The position numbers and the translations under genes were made by a program. The notes under the pieces are model-generated. The model searched no databases, was not told where the DNA came from, and saw nothing but the letters and a program-made list of their open reading frames with translations. From Candidatus Saccharimonadota bacterium (GTDB lineage: Bacteria > Patescibacteriota > Saccharimonadia > Saccharimonadales > JAGPDM01): DNA of 47,250 nucleotides. Location: contig JAGPDM010000002.1 of assembly GCA_018057585.1 (NCBI GenBank), positions 1 to 47,250 of the forward strand, written 5' to 3'. Shown piece by piece: positions 1 to 8,104 of this stretch. Positions within the stretch are counted from its first letter, which is position 1. The number at the start of each line of letters is the position of its first letter.

Positions 1-1
1 A

Positions 2-427
2 GCGTGCACAGCGCAGCGCATCAAAGCCCACCGAAAGGCTTTCGTTAGCCTCTATAGGCAGACACCAGACTCGATTCTCGCTATCGAGATGGCCATCACC
101 CGCTGGTGGATGATGCTCCGCCAGAATCACGGCGCCCGCCTGGTCGTCTGGAGAAACATCGATGAGTTCAATCAGTTCTGCGGAGAGCTGAGCCGACTGC
201 TGGGTGGCGACGATCAGGCGGTGATGACAATTCGTTACATCCGTTGTGTCGCGAGCCTCATTGCTTGTGATCTATCGTCGGAAATCGACATCACTCCCGA
301 GGTGATAAGTTCTTGGTTCGATGATGCCGCTGAGTATGAGGGAAACCCTCCACACGCTCGGTCCTGGACCATATCCGCCCTGAGAGAGCACATGCTGGGA
401 GGCTACATCCTGTTTCCGTTCAGCTGA
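2..427 (+). CDS. hypothetical protein, 5'-partial (frame open to the left window edge; first in-frame ATG at 89)
   Basis: No stop in this frame from position 2 to the TGA at 425-427. A hand count of the first 120 nt gives 69 G+C (about 57%), far above the rest of the window. No motif recognised. Confidence 0.4.
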   Translation, partial: ACTAQRIKAHRKAFVSLYRQTPDSILAIEMAITRWWMMLRQNHGARLVVWRNIDEFNQFCGELSRLLGGDDQAVMTIRYIRCVASLIACDLSSEIDITPEVISSWFDDAAEYEGNPPHARSWTISALREHMLGGYILFPFS

Positions 428-612
428 AAACAAGATGTCTGGAGAGGAGGTTTTTTATGTGCGTCATCGCATGTTTACACAACCCCTCTCCTCGCGCCCT
501 TGCGCCTCTCGTCTTCCAAAAAGTTCTGTTTGTCTATTTTTACCCCAATTATCGACACCAGAGTAGAACTAAAAATCTACACCAATCCGCCAGAAGCGGA
601 TTCCTAAACATG

Positions 613-853
613 CCAAATCCTACCAGCGGGGATTTGTTAACTTACTTTCGTCTGGGCATAAAGAGGAGCTTCCTGATAAGCGAATGTCATAATAACAATA
701 GAAGGATTCAACTCCGCCCCTTGTGGGCCGAACGAAGTGAGTTGTTGAATCCATTGTTATTATGACGATGAGATTATAAAGAACGACGATAGCCCAGGAG
801 CTTGAGCTACTTGCCGGTGCAAGTAGCATTAGTTTGTTTCTTTGGAAAGAAAA
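613..853. repeat. structured dyad-symmetric intergenic element, copy 1 (candidate ncRNA / MITE-like; aligned in + orientation)
   Basis: Shares blocks CCAAATCCTACCAGCGG, TCTGGGCATAAAG, AGCCCAGGAGCTTG, hairpin GCTACTTGC-cggt-GCAAGTAGC and terminal TTTCTTTggAAAGAAA with copies at 14031, 32786 and 43143. Long central stem GTCATAATAACAAT/ATTGTTATTATGAC. Ends 1 nt before the pilB stop. Confidence 0.8.
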
Positions 854-854
854 C

Positions 855-2630
855 CTACTCTCTAGTAACCCTCATAATCTCATCGATTGTTGTCATTCCC
901 TGAATCGCTTTGACGAAACCGTCTTGCTGCATAGTGACCATCCCATCCTTGATAGCAATGTCCTGCATATCATTTGAAGTGCCGTTATTTACAATCATCT
1001 TTTCAATTTCGTCTGTGACTTTTAATACCTCGTATATACCAATTCTACCCTTGAAGTGATTCGTACCTGGAGGTGCATCTGCTGGCACTTTACCTCGCCA
1101 AAGCGACAATTTGTTATCGACATGCAATTCTTCTGTCTGCTCGCCGGAGCCCTTAACGTCGGTCGACTGCTGTTCATCTGCCTGTTTCGCCTGGGCAACT
1201 ACATCATCGATCTTAAATAGTCCTTTTATCTCATCAAGCTCGGTTTCTTCCGGAACATAGCTTTCACGCATAGACGGATTTAGCCGTCTAACAAGCCTTT
1301 GGCCAATAACAACTCGAACCGTGCTAGCGATCAGGAATGGCTCAATCCCCATCTCAAGTAGGCGCGGCAAGGCTGTCGCGGCATTGTTGGTATGAAGAGT
1401 GCTAAAGACTAGATGCCCTGTTAGAGCTGCCTGAATTGCAAGATTCGCAGTCTCAGCATCGCGGATCTCTCCAACCATAATAATGTTCGGATCTTGCCGC
1501 AAAAGAGCCCGCAGTCCATTCGCAAAAGACATACCCGCCTTGGGATTAACCTGGGTCTGGTTCGTGCCAGGAATACGGTATTCAACTGGATCCTCGACTG
1601 TAGAAATATTAACTCCAGGGGTGTTGAGAAGATTCAAGACTGAATAAAGTGTAGTGGATTTACCAGAACCAGTTGGCCCAGTTACAAGTATTATTCCGTG
1701 TGGTTGAGTAATCGCATCACGAATCGCCTTCAGGGAATAGCCCCAGTAACCTAACTCCTCAAGTGTTAAAGCTTTGGCTGATTCGTTTAGTATACGCATG
1801 ACCACCTTCTCGCCATCCATAATTGGCAAAGTGCTGACACGCAAGGCGAAAAGCTGACCATTGATATCAATCTTGAAACGCCCATCTTGTGGTGCTCGAT
1901 GTTCGTCGATCTTAAGATTAGATAGAATCTTGATTCTACTAATCAGAGCAGCCGAAATATTACTTGGTAGCTTATTAGCCTCTCTTAAAACACCGTCAAT
2001 TCTATATCGCACCTGAACCATGTTTTCCCTAGGCTCAATGTGGATATCGCTGGCCTTTTGCTTGATTGCATATTCAACTAAAAGATTGACCGTCTGGGCA
2101 ATTGGACTATCCTCGGCGATGTCCTCCTCTCTAACTTCTTGAACTTCCGGCTTTGCTTCATTATGAGTCTCGGTCACTTTGCTGATTTCGCTGCCTATCT
2201 CACCCTTGTAGTCGTCAAGTGCGACCTGGATGTCATGACCACTAGCGATCGAAATCTCCATGTCCATACCAAGCTGCTTTTGCAAAAAGTCTATTGCTTG
2301 AAGATCGTCTGGATCTTCCATGGCTAATCGAGGGATCTGGTTTTCATAATCATAGAGGATTACTCGATATTTACGAGCAATTCTTTCAGGTATTTTGTTT
2401 AGGGTCTCTTTTTTTATTTTCCGACCAGCTAATTCAACATAAGGCGTGTTGGTCTCAGTGGCGTAGAGTTTGGTCAGATCCTTTTCGCTAAGAATCTGTT
2501 TCTTAAGAGCTAGAGACTGCAGCGATATTTTATCCTTCTGGCCCTCGGCTTTAAATTCTTCAACTGCTCCATCTTCGAGCTTGCCAGAGTCAACAAGCAG
2601 ATCAACAATCATCGAATCTGGTATTCGCAT
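855..2630 (-). CDS. pilB: type IV pilus assembly ATPase PilB (GspE family)
   Basis: 591 aa. Walker A GPTGSGKSTT, T2SSE N-terminal region, typical GspE/PilB core (RQDPNIIMVGEIRD). Confidence 0.95.
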   Translation of the reverse strand: MRIPDSMIVDLLVDSGKLEDGAVEEFKAEGQKDKISLQSLALKKQILSEKDLTKLYATETNTPYVELAGRKIKKETLNKIPERIARKYRVILYDYENQIPRLAMEDPDDLQAIDFLQKQLGMDMEISIASGHDIQVALDDYKGEIGSEISKVTETHNEAKPEVQEVREEDIAEDSPIAQTVNLLVEYAIKQKASDIHIEPRENMVQVRYRIDGVLREANKLPSNISAALISRIKILSNLKIDEHRAPQDGRFKIDINGQLFALRVSTLPIMDGEKVVMRILNESAKALTLEELGYWGYSLKAIRDAITQPHGIILVTGPTGSGKSTTLYSVLNLLNTPGVNISTVEDPVEYRIPGTNQTQVNPKAGMSFANGLRALLRQDPNIIMVGEIRDAETANLAIQAALTGHLVFSTLHTNNAATALPRLLEMGIEPFLIASTVRVVIGQRLVRRLNPSMRESYVPEETELDEIKGLFKIDDVVAQAKQADEQQSTDVKGSGEQTEELHVDNKLSLWRGKVPADAPPGTNHFKGRIGIYEVLKVTDEIEKMIVNNGTSNDMQDIAIKDGMVTMQQDGFVKAIQGMTTIDEIMRVTRE

Positions 2631-2748
2631 CTAGACTAACTCACCAAGCTTTTTGTGTTTTTTCATTTGTCTAATTATACCATAAGCTGTTTGTGCAAAC
2701 CTCTTATGGTGAGTATGCTAAATATGCAGCAATAAACGAGAACACCAA

Positions 2749-3960
2749 GTGACAAAATTTAAATATGTAGCGTTGGGTGGTGATGGTCTAAAACGCAAGG
2801 GCACAGTGACCGCTAACGATAAGATGGCCGCAAAAGAACTGCTCGTTAAGCAGGGCTTTAAACCTATTAGCCTAACCGGTGCTAGTAAATTCAGCCTAAA
2901 CACACAAATTGGTGAGCCGAAAGTTAAGAGCAAGGATAAAGTAATCTTTACTCGCCAGCTGGCAACAATGATCAATGCTGGAGTATCTCTTACTAGAGCC
3001 TTGTCTACCCTAGAGAAGCAGTCAGAATCCAAGGCCCTAAAAATTATCCTGCCTGGTGTGATTAAAGATGTTGAGAGTGGCAAGACCTTAACTGAATCAG
3101 TCGCTAAGTATCCGAAAACTTTTGACAGTATTTATGTAAACATGATCAAAGCAGGCGAAGCAGGCGGAATCCTCGATGATATTTTGGAACGATTAGCTGT
3201 ACAGCAGGAGAAAGATGCGGAGATCAAAGGTAAATTAAAAAGTGCTCTCACCTATCCGATGGTAATTTTAAGCATAACCTTTGTAGCTTTTATTTTCTTA
3301 ATGACCAGTGTCGTACCGAAGATTGGTGACATCGTAACTGATCTTGGGGGTGAAGATTACAACCCGCCGTTATACACCGATATACTGCTCGGGATTAGTA
3401 AGATTCTGGTTAATTATGGTATTTTCGTAGGTGTCTTTGGTGGCCTAGGCGGCTTCTTGCTTTGGCGATACTTCCACAGTGATAAAGGTCGACCAATTTA
3501 CCACAAAATGCTTCTAAATACACCGGTTCTAGGTAAGGTTATAGCCAAGGTCGCTATTGCCCGTTTTGCCAGAATCTTTAGTGCCCTTAACGTTGCAGGT
3601 GTCAATGTTCTAGAATCATTACGCGTCACTGGTGAAGCCCTGGGCAATGAAGTCTTAAAGCAAGTCCTAGTTGATGCCGCAATTGAGATACAAGAAGGAG
3701 CTCCGTTGAGTGTTCCCTTAAGCAGATCAAAGTATTTTCCACCAGTCCTAAGCCAGATGATGGCAGTTGGTGAGGAAACCGGAGATATTGAAACTGTTTT
3801 AATCAAACTGGCCAATTTCTACGATCGAGAGGTTGACGAGGTTACCGAATCGCTAACCTCAATACTAGAGCCGATTATGATCGTTGTGCTTGGTAGTATT
3901 ATCGGCGTTATAGCTTTGAGTGTTTATGGACCGATCACACAGTTAACTAAAACCATCTAG
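2749..3960 (+). CDS. pilC: type IV pilus platform protein PilC (GspF family)
   Basis: 403 aa. Two GspF-type repeats (FTRQLATMINAGVSL and FARIFSALNVAGVNV) and three TM segments. GTG start, divergent from pilB. Confidence 0.92.
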   Translation: MTKFKYVALGGDGLKRKGTVTANDKMAAKELLVKQGFKPISLTGASKFSLNTQIGEPKVKSKDKVIFTRQLATMINAGVSLTRALSTLEKQSESKALKIILPGVIKDVESGKTLTESVAKYPKTFDSIYVNMIKAGEAGGILDDILERLAVQQEKDAEIKGKLKSALTYPMVILSITFVAFIFLMTSVVPKIGDIVTDLGGEDYNPPLYTDILLGISKILVNYGIFVGVFGGLGGFLLWRYFHSDKGRPIYHKMLLNTPVLGKVIAKVAIARFARIFSALNVAGVNVLESLRVTGEALGNEVLKQVLVDAAIEIQEGAPLSVPLSRSKYFPPVLSQMMAVGEETGDIETVLIKLANFYDREVDEVTESLTSILEPIMIVVLGSIIGVIALSVYGPITQLTKTI

Positions 3961-4109
3961 ATACTGATCTGGCTAAGCAAGAATTGTATTGCCTATGACC
4001 TGAGCTATAAGAATCCAAGTTTGCACACAAAACAGATCTGGCAGACATGTTTTGTCGTAAGAGTTAAGATGATTACCACAGACATAAAGACGCACGACCA
4101 AGATTGCTA

Positions 4110-4137
4110 TTGACAGTAATATGCTAGTGGTTATAAC
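4110..4137 (+). promoter_or_regulatory. candidate sigma70-type promoter for the pilin gene (TTGACA-16-TATAAC)
   Basis: TTGACA at 4110-4115, 16-nt spacer, TATAAC at 4132-4137. Strong SD AGGGAGGG lies upstream of the ATG at 4200. Confidence 0.45.
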
Positions 4138-4199
4138 CTCATAGCAGTACATGATTTTATCTTGTATCACATATTAATAAAAAGGGAGGGTAGACTAAT

Positions 4200-4616
4200 A
4201 TGAAAAGTCTGCGTAATAGATCAGAAGGCTTCACAATAATTGAGCTGTTGATCGTAATAGTTGTAATCGGTATTCTTGCCGGATTAGTATTAAATTCGTT
4301 CGGCAACATCCAAGAGCGTGCTCGGGATACAGAACGCCAGAATGACATAAATAGCATTCACACGGCATTAGAGCTTTTCTACACAGATAACAGTGGTTAT
4401 CCTAATGTAGCGGCTGCAGCAGACCTCGATGGTTTTCCAAAAATGGAGCTAAATCCTGAAGCAACAGTTGCACCAAATGCAAGTGAAACTTATACCTACA
4501 CACCAACTTGCCCAGGTGCAAGTGTTGTAGGAACAGGTGCTGACTGTACTACCTATGTGTTGAACGCAACACTAGAGGCAGACGGTTCTACCTTCTCTCG
4601 AAACGCTTTGAACTAG
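4200..4616 (+). CDS. pilA: type IV pilin (prepilin-type N-terminal cleavage/methylation domain)
   Basis: N-terminus MKSLRNRSEGFTIIELLIVIVVIGILA is the class III signal peptide G/FTxxE motif. 138 aa. Confidence 0.9.
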   Translation: MKSLRNRSEGFTIIELLIVIVVIGILAGLVLNSFGNIQERARDTERQNDINSIHTALELFYTDNSGYPNVAAAADLDGFPKMELNPEATVAPNASETYTYTPTCPGASVVGTGADCTTYVLNATLEADGSTFSRNALN

Positions 4617-4644
4617 TATTTAGTCAAAGTTCTACAAGAGCTCT

Positions 4645-4670
4645 TAAATCCCTCCAATTGGAGGGATTTA
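4645..4670. terminator. hairpin terminator after pilA (AAATCCCTCC-aatt-GGAGGGATTT)
   Basis: Perfect 10-bp stem 29 nt after the pilA stop, followed by a T-rich stretch aagtttcgtt. Confidence 0.65.
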
Positions 4671-5035
4671 AGTTTCGTTGAAAATTATCAAGCCACCCAT
4701 GATCTTCAGTCCTTGTCTGAATAATCCTTCCTTTTCCTAAGAAACAAATGCAATCGCATCTTGCTGATGCACTACTAAAGCTCATGGCAGCAGCTGATCG
4801 GTTGCGAATGAATAGCCTAGCTGTCCATCAAAACTATGTCTATCCGTCCCAGATTGCATGGCAAGCAACTCCAAGTCGACCTTAACTGATTAAGCTAGGG
4901 CTCGCTTAATCTATGCCGATAAAATAAGCTGAGACTGGACATCTAGGTGAATGGGCAAATGCAACTAGTTATTCTATCTCTGCATAAAATAAAGTCTAGT
5001 TTCAATACGCTAAATATGAACGCTAGTTGTGGAAG

Positions 5036-6787
5036 TCAACAGATCTTACTAGCGATCGTGATGTCATAAATCAAACCTAGATAATTCTCGACCTGCTGAG
5101 TTTCTGCACAGACTAAAGCTCGATCATAAAGAATAACCTCTGCAACATCCATTGAGCTCAAATCAGAAGCTGATGCGACTGAACGCCGGCCGCCTAAGTA
5201 TAGCTGATTCACATTATAGTTCATGCTCGTAATTTGATCTGAGTAGTTATCATTACCGTTCTTAAGCATCCGCTCGACATAAAGGCTCGTGATCCGTGAA
5301 GAGTATATATTCCAGCTACTATCTAAGGCATTATTCAGAGTCTGACCGGTTTTACCATTATAGTATTGAGACATACTGCTTGAAGTTGATTGTCTTTGCA
5401 TCAAAACCACCCCGTTAGTCGTGTTATAGTCGTTGCTTTGTGAGCTGTTCATCAGACTCATGAATCTTCCACCAGAGTCAGTGTTGGCAGAACTCGGCTT
5501 CATGACCACAAATGCTGTCGTGCCATTATTGTTCATAGCCGGACTAAGATTCGATAGGAAGACACTAGCTTTCGGAACCTGTACCGCTGGTAAACCGTTG
5601 ATCTGATTGGTTTTATAGACAGCGTCACTGCCGTAAGCAATGTTAGCGTCGTTACCGTTTCCAGACTTATCTAGCCATTTGCCAACACTATCACCCTCAT
5701 TCTGCGCAAGGCCGTCTCCAGTCGCACCAGAGCCATACTGAACAACCAGTTGAGGGCTATCGCCGTTCTGTCCCTTTTCAGCAGTTCGGACTCCGCTACC
5801 CTTAACCCAGGAAATCGAAAAGGCGATTGCGTTATTGGCACTCCATCCAGTACGGTTAACAATCTCTTGAACAATTCCAGTTACATCAATCCGCTCATTC
5901 TCCCCTTTTGCACCAACCTGATTCCAATTTGGCGGCTTCCAAGTAACCGCCTGGCTTGTTTTGGCTGGATTAGTCACGGCATTATTGCCATTCCATGCGG
6001 GCGCATTGTCCTTATTTATTCCCTCAACCTTAAGCTCAACACTGCCGGCTGTTTTAGTCTCATCAGCCGTAAACTGAACATAGGCACTGTCAATGGTTTG
6101 ATTTTTAGGTACATTCACACCTCTGAAACGTAATCCTGTAATCTGATTACCCTTATTATTACCATCCCAAGCCATTTCTAGATCATCATTGCCAAAATCT
6201 AGTTGACCCTTATTTTTCTTAGCATCTGCGCCGTACTCCTCGACCACGTCCGCATCACTAGATCCGTAGAGGCTATTTATATTCAGTAAGTTTGCTCCTG
6301 AACCGGTACTTGCATAGAGCGAATTAGGTTGATTTGCTGCCAGCCATACTACTGGCTCATAGTCCGCAGGATTTCCAGCTACAGAGCCGTTGCGGATAAT
6401 GCTTGATTGAATTTCACGAGTAAAATCAGCTGCCGCTGACTGCTCAGGTATGTATACTCTGCCATAAGCTTTAATTCTCTTCGATGAAGTGGTTTCATCA
6501 CGTATAACCTCAACCTGTATAGTCGTTCTGTATTTTGAGGTAATTACTAAATTCTGCTCAGCCGTACCTGTGTAGCTAGCATTCAGTTCATACTGCTCTT
6601 CGGCATAGTCTATAGCTGCCTTAGCTGTGACATGTGCCAACTGATTATAAGAAAAATGGACAGCAGTGTTAAACGACTGTCCAGATTGCAGAATCAGGCC
6701 CAAGCCGACGCTACTAATCACAGAAAGCAGCACGATAATCAGCGGCAAAATAGCACCATCACTATTGAGTCTTTCAAGCTTAAACAT
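5036..6787 (-). CDS. large pilus-associated protein: PilX-like N-terminal anchor plus C-terminal LamG/concanavalin-A-like domain
   Basis: 583 aa. Hydrophobic N-terminus (ILPLIIVLLSVISSVGLGLIL). C-terminal DKSGNGNDA ... LYLGGRRS ... DVAEVILYDRAL is typical of LamG_3 domains. Last gene of the minor-pilin operon. Confidence 0.6.
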   Translation of the reverse strand: MFKLERLNSDGAILPLIIVLLSVISSVGLGLILQSGQSFNTAVHFSYNQLAHVTAKAAIDYAEEQYELNASYTGTAEQNLVITSKYRTTIQVEVIRDETTSSKRIKAYGRVYIPEQSAAADFTREIQSSIIRNGSVAGNPADYEPVVWLAANQPNSLYASTGSGANLLNINSLYGSSDADVVEEYGADAKKNKGQLDFGNDDLEMAWDGNNKGNQITGLRFRGVNVPKNQTIDSAYVQFTADETKTAGSVELKVEGINKDNAPAWNGNNAVTNPAKTSQAVTWKPPNWNQVGAKGENERIDVTGIVQEIVNRTGWSANNAIAFSISWVKGSGVRTAEKGQNGDSPQLVVQYGSGATGDGLAQNEGDSVGKWLDKSGNGNDANIAYGSDAVYKTNQINGLPAVQVPKASVFLSNLSPAMNNNGTTAFVVMKPSSANTDSGGRFMSLMNSSQSNDYNTTNGVVLMQRQSTSSSMSQYYNGKTGQTLNNALDSSWNIYSSRITSLYVERMLKNGNDNYSDQITSMNYNVNQLYLGGRRSVASASDLSSMDVAEVILYDRALVCAETQQVENYLGLIYDITIASKIC

Positions 6788-7542
6788 TAGTTTATCTTCC
6801 TCATACTTATGGTCGAGGTGGCATCGACAGTCTTGCCAAGTATCCTATTACCTAGCTTGAGCTTTATGGTTAATTTTTCAGCAGAAAGTGGCGAACCGCC
6901 GTTGCTTAGATCTATCTGATTATTGTTCTCGTCGAAATAATTTACCTCGAAATCAATCACATGATCGGAAAGCACTGTATCAACCTTCTGACATCCGCCG
7001 GTACCAAAATTAGCAGTACTGGGGCAGGTTTGCGGACGATAATTCGTGCCACAAGTTGCATATTGTGGTGTCAGAATCCGACGACGCAAAGTGTAGTAAT
7101 CGTTATCGGTATTAGGCTTCATAAAATAGATGATATTATCCGTTGCGATTGGATTATAAGGACTGTAATAGCTACCGCAAGCGTAGTCTCTTTTGTAAAC
7201 AAAATCACGGTCTGGATCACGCCTCGGCTTATCTAATGTGGTTTCGTAAACTATCAGCGTCTGTGGATCAGAATCATGACGCCAACCACCAGTTGGAGCA
7301 AATGGATCGGCCAGAGTACTCGATATAGTATCAGCATAGTCAGTTGCGAATAATAGTTCATCCTGCAACGGGAATAGTATAGTTTGAGCCTCTAGATTAA
7401 GGTTAGTTTCAGCGTTATTGGCTAGTATCGTGTAGTAGCTTCTCTGAGCTAAAACGACGAGAACGGTGATTATGAAAGAGACGACTGGTAACATCACTAG
7501 AATCTCAATCAAAGTAAAGCCTGACTGATTTTTTTTGATCAT
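6787..7542 (-). CDS. minor pilin / pseudopilin (prepilin-type N-terminal domain)
   Basis: N-terminus MIKKNQSGFTLIEILVMLPV. The start overlaps the upstream gene's stop by 4 nt (7539-7542), and the stop codon shares one base (6787) with the start of the next gene. Confidence 0.75.
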   Translation of the reverse strand: MIKKNQSGFTLIEILVMLPVVSFIITVLVVLAQRSYYTILANNAETNLNLEAQTILFPLQDELLFATDYADTISSTLADPFAPTGGWRHDSDPQTLIVYETTLDKPRRDPDRDFVYKRDYACGSYYSPYNPIATDNIIYFMKPNTDNDYYTLRRRILTPQYATCGTNYRPQTCPSTANFGTGGCQKVDTVLSDHVIDFEVNYFDENNNQIDLSNGGSPLSAEKLTIKLKLGNRILGKTVDATSTISMRKIN

Positions 7543-8021
7543 CTACCAACCCCGCCCATCTGAATATAGGTTGCGTATTCAATTTCTCTAGCTTCGTTGA
7601 GATGGGAATACACCACTAAGACTACTATTTTCTTGAGCGAACCTGAGATTGGCTGTGACCTGACCTTAGCACTGGCTGAGGTGTATTCAACCTCATCATT
7701 CGCCAGTACTTCAGACGAAAAGTCTTCTATCTCATAGTTGTTTGCACTGTTGCCATTATCAATATCGCCGAAGTCTTTAAGCTCGTACTCTTGGATTTTT
7801 GAAAATGCCAAGGAATTAGCTTCGCTATACGCTCGAGTCCTGGCATTGATTTGATTACTCAGCAGGACAATACCAAGTGATATACTGATTAAAATAGTAA
7901 TAATAAAGAGTGAGATAATAACCTCTATAGTGGTAAAGCCAGACCTATCGATCATCCCCTGTTTTTTAAGCGTATGCATCTTATCTAAGATTTTATCAGC
8001 TACGGTCATCTTATGAAACAA
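7539..8021 (-). CDS. minor pilin / pseudopilin (prepilin-type N-terminal domain)
   Basis: RSGFTTIEVIISLFIITILI motif. The true start may be an internal Met. Confidence 0.7.
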   Translation of the reverse strand: MFHKMTVADKILDKMHTLKKQGMIDRSGFTTIEVIISLFIITILISISLGIVLLSNQINARTRAYSEANSLAFSKIQEYELKDFGDIDNGNSANNYEIEDFSSEVLANDEVEYTSASAKVRSQPISGSLKKIVVLVVYSHLNEAREIEYATYIQMGGVGR

Positions 8022-8104
8022 ACCCGACCAAACTCAGCATAAGCAGATTGCAAGTTGGGGTGGCAAAGTCTATAATTCCAGTAGTCATTTCGGGCTGGGA
8101 AAAA

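Noticed and set aside
672-690. Hammerhead-like CUGAnGA...GAA string in the repeat element (CCTGATAAGCGAA; copy 3 has CCTGAAGAGCGAA).
   Set aside because: Only copy 3 matches CUGANGA. Copies 1 and 2 break the core, and no stem II or III arrangement fits.
457-765. 102-aa + strand ORF preceded by a strong SD-like GGAGAGGAGG 6 nt before the ATG.
   Set aside because: Half of the ORF runs through element copy 1, whose homologues do not keep this frame. The sequence is low-complexity and not protein-like. The GGAGAGG also forms a hairpin with CCTCTCC about 45 nt downstream. A very short leader peptide cannot be excluded.
620-829. Minus-strand ORFs inside the repeat elements (69 aa at 620-829; 60 aa at 14055-14237) that look similar to each other.
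   Set aside because: The similarity follows from nucleotide conservation. In copy 3 the same frame shifts at the ATCGTTATTGAAACA block and hits TGA, and copy 4 lacks the region. The substitution pattern is compensatory within stems, not biased to codon third positions.
4617-5035. Silent pilin cassette for antigenic variation downstream of pilA.
   Set aside because: No visible nucleotide similarity to the pilA variable region and no pilin-like reading frame.
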